64,000 nucleotides of DNA from Alphaproteobacteria bacterium (GCA_965237415.1 CBDEFM010000002.1:1440001-1504000), one strand, 5' to 3'; positions 10,664-19,948 are shown, counted from the stretch's first letter. Translations and numbers: made by a program. Notes: generated from the sequence alone by a model not told the origin.

Positions 10664-11182
10664 ATGGGTATTTTACTTAGACTTCTGGTTCGTGCCTTCC
10701 TCCCGACTCCGCGGCGGAATAAACGGCGCGGAGCTTCTCGCCGAACAAGAGGATTGAGGCCCGGAGCAACGATTAGTGGAAAGGCATATGTCATCGACGG
10801 CGACACGATTAGAGTCTCCGGTGAAAGGATACGCCTCTCCGGCCTCGACGCACCCGAGGTTGATCAGGTGGCGAAGCACCAGGACGGCTACTGGTTCAAG
10901 CAGGGGCAGCGCATCAAGAGCGCGCTGATAAATGAGATCGGGGGGAAGGTCGTCAGGCTCACCGTCGAGGGATACGACAAATATGACCGAGTCCTCGGCA
11001 TCGTGACCTGCGATGGCCGGGATATCGGCGAGTGGCTCGTCTGGAACGGCTACGCGATTGCCGCTTTCGGAGAGCGGTATAGACACCTGGAACTCGACGC
11101 TCAACGAGCGCAGCGCGGGATGTGGGCGCACGCCGCCCGATATGACCCGAGGGACTGGCGGCGCATGACATTGAACAGCTGA
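10664..11182 (+). CDS. Thermonuclease (SNase-like) family protein
   Basis: VIDGDTI, IRLSGLDAPE, DKYDRVLG, LVWNGYA, AQRAQRGMW; ATG at 10664 after GAGG. Confidence 0.88.
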   Translation: MGILLRLLVRAFLPTPRRNKRRGASRRTRGLRPGATISGKAYVIDGDTIRVSGERIRLSGLDAPEVDQVAKHQDGYWFKQGQRIKSALINEIGGKVVRLTVEGYDKYDRVLGIVTCDGRDIGEWLVWNGYAIAAFGERYRHLELDAQRAQRGMWAHAARYDPRDWRRMTLNS

Positions 11183-11194
11183 TTGACAAGCCAT

Positions 11195-11226
11195 CGGGAG
11201 GCTGGCGGCAAGCCGCCTGCCTCCCG
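11195..11226. terminator. GC-rich hairpin between the convergent nuclease and large-subunit genes
   Basis: cgggaggc-t-ggcggc-aa-gccgcc-t-gcctcccg. Confidence 0.55.
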
Positions 11227-11325
11227 CTATTGCATCGGCGCCGCCCGGTCCGGTGAACGCCAGGGGCGTCCGTGCTGGTGGAACCTGGGCGCGGAAACAG
11301 GGGCGATGGACCAAGAAAGCGGCGC

Positions 11326-13797
11326 TCAGCCCCCGTTCTGCTCCGCCTCGCGGATCATGCCGCGCAGCACCTTGGGCGTGAGCGGGAGCGAATCCACCTT
11401 GATGCCGAGCGGCTTGAGCGCGTCTTCGACGGCCGCGGCGATGGCCGGCGGGGCGCCCATGCGCCCGCCTTCGCCGCCGCCCTTGATGCCGTACTCGGTG
11501 AAGGGGGACGGCGTCTCCACATGGCCCACGCGGATGTCGACCGGCGTCTCCATCAGGGTCGGGTGCAGGTAGTCGCTCAAGAGCACGTTCTGAAGCTGCC
11601 CGTTCTCGTCATAGTGGAAGTGCTCGTAGAGGGCGCTGCCGATACCGTTCACGGTGCCGCCCCGCACGTGGCCGGCGAGGGTCATCGGGTTGACCATGGT
11701 GCCGCAGTCGTGGACGGCCACGTAGTCGAGGAAGTCGACCTTTCCGGTCTCTATATCCACCTCGACCACCGGGATGTGACACATGTGGCCGACGATCGGA
11801 TAGAAGATGCCGAGGTCGGAACGATCCTCCGACGGCATGGTCGTGACCGGATGGTCGTAGACGTAGGCCGCGTCGATGCCGCTGGTGAGGTCGTGATCCT
11901 CCGGCAGGTCCAGCCTGAAGTAGTGGGCGTGGAGCGCCACCTCGGCGAGGGTCTTCTCCTTGCCGGGCACGCCCTGGACGCCGATCGAGCCCGCGCGGAA
12001 TTCGAGATCGCTCGGATCCGCCTCCAGCATGTGGCTGGCGACGCGCAGCATCTTCTCCTTGATCACGTCGGCGGCGCCGCTGACGGCGCCCGCGATCATC
12101 ACCGTGAACCGGCTGCCGCCCGGCCCCGACGAGTTGAAGCCCTTGTCGGAATCGGCGTAACCGACCGAAATATCAGCGGGATCTATCTCCAGCTTCTCGG
12201 CCAGCACCTGCACCGCCATCGTCTCGGGGCTGTTGCCCCAGAAGGGCGCGTTCAGCGTGATGAACGCCTTGCCGGTGGGATCGATGTTGATGGCGACACT
12301 CTCCGGCGAGCTCGAGAGCGTGAAGCCCGGTGTCTCGTTCGGGTTCCACATCCAGAACTCGGTGGCGCTGAAGACGCTCCGCTCCTGGCAGGTGGAGATG
12401 CCGATGCCGATGTAGCGGCCTTCCTTCCGCGCCTCGGCCTGCTTCTTGCGCCAGCCGTCGTAGTCGATCATGCCGAGCGCCTCGTCGAGCACGGCCTGAT
12501 AGTTGCCGCTGTCGTACATGTTGCCGGTCGGCATGATGTAGGGGAACTGGTCCTTCTCGATCAGGTTCAGCCTACGCATCTCCACCGGGTCGATGCCGAG
12601 CTCCTCGCAGGCCGCGTCGACCAGGCGCTCGATCACGAAGTTGCCGACCTCGGAGCCGAAGCCGCGATAGGCTCCCTGCTGGCACTTGTTGGTGAGCACG
12701 GCGGTGAGGTCGACCTCGACGCTGTTGATCTTGTAGGGGCCGGTCACCTGCGCCATCGCATTGCCGTGCTGGCCGACGCCGTACTGGAAGTAGGCGCCGT
12801 AGTCGTCGATCACCTTGAGCCGCATGCTCAGCATCGCGCCGTCGCGCTTCAACGCGAGCTTGGCGTCGTAGAGGCGGTCGGAGCCGTGGGCGTCGCCGCT
12901 CGTCATGTTGTCGATGCGGTCTTCCAGATACTTGACCGGCCGGCCGGCGGCGCGGGCGAGCGTGCCGGCGAGCGTGCAGACCTTGTGGCAGAAAAGCTTG
13001 CTGCCGAAGCTGCCGCCGGCGTCGGTCGGCACGATGTTGAGCCGGTGTGGATCGACCTTGAGCGAGACCGCGATCAGCCAGCCGACGTAGTTGTACATCG
13101 ACGTGTTGGCATGGATCGTGAACTTGCCCGTGCCCCGGTCGTAGTGGGCGGTGGCGCCGACGGTCTCGATCGGCGTGCCGCCTGAGCGCGGCCAGCGCAG
13201 CCTGCGCTCGATCACGAGATCGGCGGCGGCGAAATCCTCGTCCACCGTGCCGAAATTAATCGTGCGCTGGAGCGCCACGTTGGTATCGCCGCGTTCGGGA
13301 TGGAGCACGGCATCGCCGGTCGATGTCACTGCCTCTTCGAGATCGACGACCGCCGGCAGCGGATCGTACTCGACCTCGATCAGCTCGCAGGCGTCCTCGG
13401 CGATATAGCGGCTGTCCGCCACGACGGCGGCGACCGCCTCGCCCACGTGGCGCACCTTGCCCACGGCGATGCAGTACTGCGGCGTCGGCGGGCTCGAAAA
13501 ATCCGCGCACGGCCCCGTGACCTCCGCCGCCTCGGCGCCGGTCATGACGCAGAGCACGCCGGGCAGCGCCTCGGCCTTCGACTTGTCGATGCTCACGATG
13601 CGGGCGTGGGCATGGGGGCTGCGCAGCACCGCGGCATGCGCCATGTTGGGCAGCGACACGTCGTCCGCATAGGTGCCAGAGCCGGTGAGCAGGCGGGTGT
13701 CCTCTACCCGCTTCATGCTGTGCCCGATGGCGAAGTACTTGGACTTGGGCTTCTCGCGCTGACGCGATTCGGGGATGTAATGGCGTTCGCGGGTCAT
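11326..13797 (-). CDS. Xanthine dehydrogenase family large subunit (paralogue 3, AYRGFG loop), 823 aa
   Basis: Start MTRERHYIPES at 13797 (ATGA overlap); GGSFGSK, AYRGFG, KGGGEGG; closely colinear with 762..3224. Confidence 0.92.
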   Translation of the reverse strand: MTRERHYIPESRQREKPKSKYFAIGHSMKRVEDTRLLTGSGTYADDVSLPNMAHAAVLRSPHAHARIVSIDKSKAEALPGVLCVMTGAEAAEVTGPCADFSSPPTPQYCIAVGKVRHVGEAVAAVVADSRYIAEDACELIEVEYDPLPAVVDLEEAVTSTGDAVLHPERGDTNVALQRTINFGTVDEDFAAADLVIERRLRWPRSGGTPIETVGATAHYDRGTGKFTIHANTSMYNYVGWLIAVSLKVDPHRLNIVPTDAGGSFGSKLFCHKVCTLAGTLARAAGRPVKYLEDRIDNMTSGDAHGSDRLYDAKLALKRDGAMLSMRLKVIDDYGAYFQYGVGQHGNAMAQVTGPYKINSVEVDLTAVLTNKCQQGAYRGFGSEVGNFVIERLVDAACEELGIDPVEMRRLNLIEKDQFPYIMPTGNMYDSGNYQAVLDEALGMIDYDGWRKKQAEARKEGRYIGIGISTCQERSVFSATEFWMWNPNETPGFTLSSSPESVAINIDPTGKAFITLNAPFWGNSPETMAVQVLAEKLEIDPADISVGYADSDKGFNSSGPGGSRFTVMIAGAVSGAADVIKEKMLRVASHMLEADPSDLEFRAGSIGVQGVPGKEKTLAEVALHAHYFRLDLPEDHDLTSGIDAAYVYDHPVTTMPSEDRSDLGIFYPIVGHMCHIPVVEVDIETGKVDFLDYVAVHDCGTMVNPMTLAGHVRGGTVNGIGSALYEHFHYDENGQLQNVLLSDYLHPTLMETPVDIRVGHVETPSPFTEYGIKGGGEGGRMGAPPAIAAAVEDALKPLGIKVDSLPLTPKVLRGMIREAEQNGG

Positions 13798-14285
13798 TGC
13801 CCCTCTCCCTGCATTCGTTCGGCCGCGGCCTGCACCGCCTCGACGATTGTCTGGTAGCCGGTGCAGCGGCAGAGGTTGCTCGACATCGCCTCGCGAATCT
13901 CGTCGAGGCTCGGATTGGGCGTGCTCTCCAGCAACTCGACCGCCGTCATCAGCATGCCCGGCGTACAGAAGCCGCATTGCAGGCCGTGCTTCTCCCAAAA
14001 CGCCTCCTGCAGCGGGTGCATGTCGTCGACACCGCCGAGGCCTTCGATGGTGCGGACCTCAGCCCCCGCCGCCTGGACGGCGAGCATCAGGCAGGAGCGT
14101 GCGGCCTCGCCGTTGACGAGCACGGTGCAGGCGCCGCAGACCCCGTGCTCGCAGCCGACATGGGTGCCGGTGAGCCCGAGCTTCTCGCGCAGGAAGTCGC
14201 TGAGCAGCATGCGCGGCTCGGCGTCGGCCGCGCGGCGCTCGCCATTGACGACAAGCTCGACGGTACGTGGCGTCGTCATCTCCAC
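13794..14285 (-). CDS. (2Fe-2S) small subunit of Mo-hydroxylase
   Basis: [28 protein letters not shown]. Confidence 0.95.
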   Translation of the reverse strand: MEMTTPRTVELVVNGERRAADAEPRMLLSDFLREKLGLTGTHVGCEHGVCGACTVLVNGEAARSCLMLAVQAAGAEVRTIEGLGGVDDMHPLQEAFWEKHGLQCGFCTPGMLMTAVELLESTPNPSLDEIREAMSSNLCRCTGYQTIVEAVQAAAERMQGEGQ

Positions 14286-14291
14286 CTCCCT

Positions 14292-15155
14292 TCAGTGGCA
14301 GCGGGAGGCGGCGTCGGCAAGCGCGCGCCGGGTCAGGCTGCGCACCAGATCGCGCCGATAGTCCGCGTCCGCGTGAAAATCTTCGCTGGGGTCGATGCTG
14401 TCCGCCGCCGCGGCCGCGGCCTGGCGAAAGGCATCGTCGCCCGGTGCCGCGCCTGCGAGCGCATCCTCGGCAGCACGCGCCCGGTGCGGCCCGTCGCCCA
14501 CGCCGGCGCAGACGATCCGCGCGCCAGTGCAGGCACCGTCCGCAAGCTCGACCGTCGCACCTACGGCCACGTAGGCGAAGTCGCCCTTGCGCGGGCTCAC
14601 CTCGTAAAAGGCCGCGCCCTGGCCGGCCGGCGCCTGCGGCACGCGGACCTCGACGAGAAGCTCGTTCGCCTCGGCTGCCGTGGAGAGCGTACCGGTGAAA
14701 AAGTCCTCGGCCCCGACGGTGCGCGTGCCGCCTGCGCTCCGCAGCACCATCTCAGCGCCGCTCGCCACGGCCACCGCCGGCATCTCCGACGCCGGGTCGT
14801 TATGGCAGAGGTTGCCGCAGAGCGTGCCGCGATTGCGGATCGGGCCGTGGGAAACATAGGGATAGGCGGCGGCCATCAAGGGCGAGGCCCCGCGCACGGC
14901 ATCCGCCTCCAGCACTGCCTTGTGGCGGGCGAGCGCGCCGATCCTGAGCTGCCCATCCTCCAGAGTCACATAGTCGAGGCCGGGCAGGCGGTTGATATCG
15001 ATCAGCACGTCCGGGTGCAGCGCCCGCAGGTTCAGCATCGGCACCAGGCTCTGGCCGCCCGCGATCACCTTGGCCGCCTCGCCGTGCTCGGCAAGCAGCG
15101 CCAGTGCCTCCTCCAGGGTCTCCGGACAGCAGTAGTCGAACGGTGGCGGTTTCAT
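14292..15155 (-). CDS. FAD-binding medium subunit of Mo-hydroxylase
   Basis: MKPPPFDY, AGGQSLVP, IRNRGTLCGNLCHNDP. Confidence 0.93.
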   Translation of the reverse strand: MKPPPFDYCCPETLEEALALLAEHGEAAKVIAGGQSLVPMLNLRALHPDVLIDINRLPGLDYVTLEDGQLRIGALARHKAVLEADAVRGASPLMAAAYPYVSHGPIRNRGTLCGNLCHNDPASEMPAVAVASGAEMVLRSAGGTRTVGAEDFFTGTLSTAAEANELLVEVRVPQAPAGQGAAFYEVSPRKGDFAYVAVGATVELADGACTGARIVCAGVGDGPHRARAAEDALAGAAPGDDAFRQAAAAAADSIDPSEDFHADADYRRDLVRSLTRRALADAASRCH

Positions 15156-15221
15156 CCAGTATCTCCCTTGTTCCGTCCCGCCGCCCGGTGGCGAGCCGGC
15201 TACGTTCTTCTGCCAATCAGT

Positions 15222-16454
15222 CTAGAGCAAGCCCCCGCCCTCTTCCAAGCCGAGCACCGCACGGCCGTACTGCGCACCCGCGATATCGAAGTTGAACGAG
15301 ATGTGCGCGTTGATGGCGTGGATATCGCGGAAGAACCGTTGGATCGGATTGCGCTCGTAAAGCGCGGCACCGCCGCTCGCCTCGAACAGGATGTCTACCG
15401 CCCGGCGGCATTCGCTGGCGGCATAGGCGCCGTTGCGGCGGAACCGTGTCTTCGTCGTGAAATCGGGCACCGTGCCTGCCGCCCCGTGCGCCATCGCCTC
15501 GTCGCAGGCGGCCCGCATGAGGGCACCCGCGGCCTCGATCCTGACCGCGGCCTCGGCAATCTTGATCTGGATTGGCACGTGATCGGCGACGCGGGTGCCG
15601 CTGTAGGAACCGACGCGCCGGCGGGTTGCCGCGACGTAGCCCTCCAGCGCGCCCTCCGCCGTGCCGAGGGCGCAGCCGGCGAGCACGTAGGGGAACATCG
15701 TGAAGACGGGGAGCCTGTAGAGCGCGGCATCGTTGACGGCCAGGCCAGGCCCGCGGCACCCCTTGGTCTCGTCGACCGCGAGCGTGCGGTGCGCGGGCAC
15801 GAAGACCTCCTCGGCCGCCACGTCGTTGCTCCCGGTTCCGCGCAGGGCCGTGGCATGCCAGGTATCGATGATCTCGTAGTCGCGGCGGGGGAGGATGAAC
15901 ATTCGATGCTCGGGTGGGTCGGTCTCCGCAACGATCCCGCCCAGCATCGTCCAGGCGCTGGGATCGATCCCGCTCGCGAAGGGCCAGCGGCCGGAAATGA
16001 CGTAGCCGCCATCGACCGCGCGCACCTTGCCCGCCGGGAAGATCAGCGAGGCCGCGATCAGCACGTCCGGGTCCGGCCCCCAGACCTCGTCCTGCACCTC
16101 CGGCTCGAAGAGCGCGAGCATCCAGTGGTGGGCGAGCAAATTGGTCAGGTTCCAGGAGCTGGACGGGCAGGCACGGGCGATGATGGCGCCGAGATCGATG
16201 AGAATGCCGTAGTCGAGCTCGCCACCGCCGACGCGGGCCGGCTGGAGCACGCGGAAGAGCCCGTTCTCATGGAACGCGGCCTCGGTCTCGGCCGGCAGGC
16301 GGCGCAGCGCTTCGGTCGCAGCGGCACGTTCGCACAGGCTCGGCAACAGTGCCTCGGCCCGCTGCAGAACCGCGTCTCGCGCATCGGCACGCGCGGCATC
16401 CGGGGTATCCGCGCGCGCGGCATCCGGACGATCCGTCGCCATGCTTTCGTTCAT
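15222..16454 (-). CDS. Two-component flavin-dependent monooxygenase, oxygenase subunit (acyl-CoA dehydrogenase fold, HsaA-like)
   Basis: GLFRVLQPARVGGGE, SGRWPFASG, DTWHATALRGTGSND, IQRFFRDIHAINAH. Confidence 0.85.
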   Translation of the reverse strand: MNESMATDRPDAARADTPDAARADARDAVLQRAEALLPSLCERAAATEALRRLPAETEAAFHENGLFRVLQPARVGGGELDYGILIDLGAIIARACPSSSWNLTNLLAHHWMLALFEPEVQDEVWGPDPDVLIAASLIFPAGKVRAVDGGYVISGRWPFASGIDPSAWTMLGGIVAETDPPEHRMFILPRRDYEIIDTWHATALRGTGSNDVAAEEVFVPAHRTLAVDETKGCRGPGLAVNDAALYRLPVFTMFPYVLAGCALGTAEGALEGYVAATRRRVGSYSGTRVADHVPIQIKIAEAAVRIEAAGALMRAACDEAMAHGAAGTVPDFTTKTRFRRNGAYAASECRRAVDILFEASGGAALYERNPIQRFFRDIHAINAHISFNFDIAGAQYGRAVLGLEEGGGLL

Positions 16455-16597
16455 GATGCCGCCCGCTGTCGTGGAAAAGCCCGAGGGCAGGGTTCGGCTC
16501 TATGCCCCTTTGCGGAGATTGGCACTGTCGGGCGTCCAGATTTGCCGGTCGCGGACGGCGCGGCCCGCCGCCGGCACAAGCCAGAAGTTGCGATCGC

Positions 16598-16674
16598 TGG
16601 TCGGAGTGAGTGGACTTGAACCACCGACCCCCGCCTCCCGAAGACGGTGCTCTACCAAGCTGAGCTACACTCCG
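16598..16674 (-). tRNA. tRNA-Pro(CGG)
   Basis: Reverse complement CGGAGTGTAGCTCAGCTTGGTAGAGCACCGTCTT-CGG-GAGGCGGGGGTCGGTGGTTCAAGTCCACTCACTCCGACCA: cloverleaf, T-loop GGTTCAA, encoded CCA. Confidence 0.96.
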
Positions 16675-16829
16675 ACCGGTGACGCGCGCGGGAGGCTGCG
16701 ACACCCCCAGCGCGCGCCCCTTATAGCGTGAGGGGCCGGTGGCCGGCAAGCAATGCGGCGGGGGCGAGGCCCTTCTCGACCGCGGAGATCGCGAGCTGCC
16801 TATCGCGACCGATAAGACGCCTTATCGCT

Positions 16830-17666
16830 TTAGTGCGGCACCGCTCGGCAGAGAAGCTCGATCGGCACCGCGCGGCGCTCCTTCAACGCGCGCGCCGAGT
16901 TCGCCGCCGCTTCCTCGGCGAGTGCGCCGTGGACCAGCGAAATGGCACGGTGCAGCGGCTTTCCACCCGCCTCGACCAATGCGCGCGAGCGGGCGCCATA
17001 GGCAAGCGCCGCCTCCGTCGTCTCACGCAGGCTCTCGATCGCGAACCCGCAGGCCTCGAGGCTTTCGCGGGTCTCGGCCTCGGTCGCGAGAAAGCTCGAC
17101 GAGGCCGTCCGCGCCCAGGGCGTCGGGTAGTCCGGCGCGCGCCCCGGCCCTTGCGTGACTTCCGACAGCATGAGCCAGGCGCCGGGCTTGATCACGCGGT
17201 GGATTTCCCGATAGAGCGCGCGCTTGTCGGCGATGTTCATCGAGACGTTCATCGAGTAGGCACCTTCGAACGCCGCGTCGCCGAACGGCATCGTCAGCGC
17301 ATCGCCCTGCCGGATGGAGACGCGCTCCTCAAGCCCGAGATGTGCCGTCAGGTGGCGCGCGACGTCGCAGAATTCGGCCGTCAGATCGATCCCGCTGACA
17401 CGGCAGCCGAAGCGCCGGGCCAGGTAGCGCGCGGGCCCGCCGAGACCGCTGCCGACATCCAGAATATGGTCGGTCACGGCGACCCGGAGCAGCGCCGCCA
17501 TTTCCTCGGTCGCCTCCAGGCCCCGGCCGTGGAAATGATCGTAGGGTGCCAGGACCTCGGCGGTCGCGCGCGACGGATCGACCCCATCCTCCCGCAGCTG
17601 CGCCTCGAGCCGGGCCAGCAGATCGCCGCTCGTGTAATGATCGGTGATGTCGCGCGCGTGGCTCAC
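16830..17666 (-). CDS. Class I SAM-dependent methyltransferase (sarcosine/dimethylglycine N-methyltransferase-like)
   Basis: GTG at 17666 after GGAG; DHFHGRG, ILDVGSGLGGPARYLA, GIDLT, GDALTMPF, YPTPWA. Confidence 0.85.
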   Translation of the reverse strand: MSHARDITDHYTSGDLLARLEAQLREDGVDPSRATAEVLAPYDHFHGRGLEATEEMAALLRVAVTDHILDVGSGLGGPARYLARRFGCRVSGIDLTAEFCDVARHLTAHLGLEERVSIRQGDALTMPFGDAAFEGAYSMNVSMNIADKRALYREIHRVIKPGAWLMLSEVTQGPGRAPDYPTPWARTASSSFLATEAETRESLEACGFAIESLRETTEAALAYGARSRALVEAGGKPLHRAISLVHGALAEEAAANSARALKERRAVPIELLCRAVPH

Positions 17667-17895
17667 TGACAACTCCTTCCCGCCGAGCCCGCAGCCTGCT
17701 TCGGCGGGCACGACATCGAACCGTAAGAGCAAAAGACGCAGCAATCGCCCGGAAGCGGCTTCAGCCGCACGCCGCACCCCGCGCACTCATGGAAGAACAG
17801 ACACGAGTCGTCCGCATTTCCTCTCGCGCCTCATGCCCGCAGGTCGGACAAGTGAGAAGGGAGTAGCGCTCGACAGTGGACGGGGCTAGCGACAT
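17663..17895 (-). pseudogene. GDCCVxC-domain small Cys-rich protein with a 1-bp frameshift near 17813
   Basis: MSLAP..LTCPTCGHEAREEM, then in a shifted frame DDSCLFFHECAGCGVRLKPLPGDCCVFCSYGSMSCPPKQ..SCQ*; adding one C (ATG CCG GAC) restores the ORF. Confidence 0.85.
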
Positions 17896-17960
17896 CGCGA
17901 CCTCCGTGGCGGACAGCCTGGGGATATGACCGGCAATCGCGGCGGCTCGGATAACGGGAT

Positions 17961-18674
17961 TCAGGCGGCGCTTCCCGCCGCGCCCTCCGGCCGGTAGCCG
18001 GGCAAGAGGTTGCGCTTGGTTTCCTCGTCCCACTCCATCTTGAGCTTGCCGAGCTCCTTGCCGGCGTCATAGCCGCGCCGCAGCGCCGGCCGCTGCTGCA
18101 GCGCCTTGTACCAGCGCTTCACGTTGGGGAACGCGTCGAGGTCGACCTTCTGCCCCTTGTAGGTGATCACCCAGGGCCAGCAGGCCATGTCGGCGATGGA
18201 GTACTCGTCGGCAATATAGTCGCGGCCCTCGAGCCTTCGGTCGAGCACGCCGTACAGTCGGAGCATCTCGCTGAGATAGCGCTCGATGGCGTAGGGAATG
18301 GGCTCCGGCGCATAGAGCTTGAAATGGCCGGCCTGGCCGATCATCGGCCCGAGGCCGCCCAGTTGCCACGAGAGCCATTCGAGCACGGTCTTGCGCCCGC
18401 GCAGGTCCGTCGGCAGGAAGCGGCCGGTCTTTTCGGCCAGGTAGATCAGGATGGCGCCGGACTCGAACACCGCGAGCGGCCCGCTGCCGTCCGACGGATC
18501 GTGATCGACGATCGCAGGCATCCGGTTGTTCGGGCTGATGGCGAGAAAGTCGGGTTCGTACTGTTCGCCGCGATAGATGTTGACGGGGACGATGCGGTAG
18601 TCGAGATCCATTTCCTCCAGGGCGATGGAGATCTTCCATCCATTGGGCGTCGGCCAGTAATAGGCGTCGATCAT
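17961..18674 (-). CDS. Glutathione S-transferase family protein (YfcG/Ure2-like)
   Basis: YYWPTPNGWKISIALEE, ISPNNRMPAIVD, FESGAILIYLAEK. Confidence 0.92.
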   Translation of the reverse strand: MIDAYYWPTPNGWKISIALEEMDLDYRIVPVNIYRGEQYEPDFLAISPNNRMPAIVDHDPSDGSGPLAVFESGAILIYLAEKTGRFLPTDLRGRKTVLEWLSWQLGGLGPMIGQAGHFKLYAPEPIPYAIERYLSEMLRLYGVLDRRLEGRDYIADEYSIADMACWPWVITYKGQKVDLDAFPNVKRWYKALQQRPALRRGYDAGKELGKLKMEWDEETKRNLLPGYRPEGAAGSAA

Positions 18675-18973
18675 GGGCCGCCATCCTCCACAAACAGTGT
18701 TCCCGATGTTCGGGCGAACGTAGCCCCAAGGTGGGGCAATTGTAAGCGCGCGGCGTCGCCGCCTTGCCGGTGAGGTGGCCTCGCCCTGAAGGAATGGGCG
18801 CGATCATGTTGGTGACGTTCCCGATGCTTCCAAAATTGGTGTGCGGGCACGCGCGGGGTGGCATGCGACAATGGCCGGACGGGGAGCCGGGCACTATGAC
18901 GTGAGCCGCGGCGCCCGCGCCGCCCGGCTCAGATCGACGAAGGGAGCAGCGGCCGCTCCGCCGCCGCGATCGC

Positions 18974-19948
18974 ATGGTGGATATTCGCTGGGATGCCCAT
19001 AGCTGCGTGCCGCTCAAGGCGGACTACGATCTCGCCTCCCTGAAGCGGCACCGGGACGCGGGCTTCGACTTCGTCTCGATCAATGTCGGCATGGACATGA
19101 CGCCGATTGCGGACGTCGTCTCCATGATCGCGTCCTTTCGCGAGCAGATCGCACGCTGCCCAGAATTCCTCCCGGCTCGCTCCATCGAGGATGTGCGCGC
19201 GGCGGCGAAGCAGAACAAGCTCGCAGTCGGCTTCGACCTGGAGGGCGCAAAGCCGCTCCTGGCCAACCCGTCGACGGTTGCCCTCTACGCCGAGCTGGGC
19301 GTTCGGCAAGTGCTGCTCGCCTACAACCGCGCCAACGAGGCTGCCGGCGGGTGCTACGAGGCGGGCGCCCCCTTGACGGAACTCGGTGCCGAGTTCGTGC
19401 GCGCCTGCGAGGAGGCGGGCATCGTGGTCGATTGCTCGCACATGAACGAAGAGACGGTGATGCGAATCATGGAGATCGCGCAGAAGCCCGTGGTCTTCAG
19501 CCACTCCAACGCGCGCGTCCTGAACGGCAATTTGCGCAACATCACCGACGACATGATCGACGCCTGCGCCGGGCTCGGCGGCGTCATCGGCGTCAACGGT
19601 GTGAGCGTGTTCATGCCGGGCGGGGAGGCCGAGGCCGACGCGATGATCCGGGTCATCGACTATCTGGCCGAGCGCGTCGGCACCCGCCATGTCGGGATCG
19701 GGCTCGACTACGTCTACGACCTGGAGCTCGAGGAGCTGCCGGAAGGAACCGACCCCGCCTACTGGTTTCCGCCGGAGCACGGATACGACGAAGACTCATT
19801 CAAGAGCCTCGGTTTTGTCTCGCCGGAAGCAGCCGGCGGCCTGAGCACGCGGCTGGCGGAGCGCGGTTACGGCGACGACGACATTGCGGCCATCATGGGG
19901 GGGAACTTTCTCCGCGTGGCCGAGCAGTGCTGGTTCCGGCGATCGTGA
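18974..19948 (+). CDS. Membrane/renal dipeptidase family (peptidase M19) amidohydrolase
   Basis: WDAHS, VDCSH, FSHSN, RNITD, HVGIGLDY, MGGNFLRV. Confidence 0.88.
   Translation: MVDIRWDAHSCVPLKADYDLASLKRHRDAGFDFVSINVGMDMTPIADVVSMIASFREQIARCPEFLPARSIEDVRAAAKQNKLAVGFDLEGAKPLLANPSTVALYAELGVRQVLLAYNRANEAAGGCYEAGAPLTELGAEFVRACEEAGIVVDCSHMNEETVMRIMEIAQKPVVFSHSNARVLNGNLRNITDDMIDACAGLGGVIGVNGVSVFMPGGEAEADAMIRVIDYLAERVGTRHVGIGLDYVYDLELEELPEGTDPAYWFPPEHGYDEDSFKSLGFVSPEAAGGLSTRLAERGYGDDDIAAIMGGNFLRVAEQCWFRRS

Noticed and set aside
17761-17763. TGA as selenocysteine in the GDCCVxC gene
   Set aside because: This TGA lies in the wrong, post-frameshift frame; the corrected frame has Cys codons throughout.
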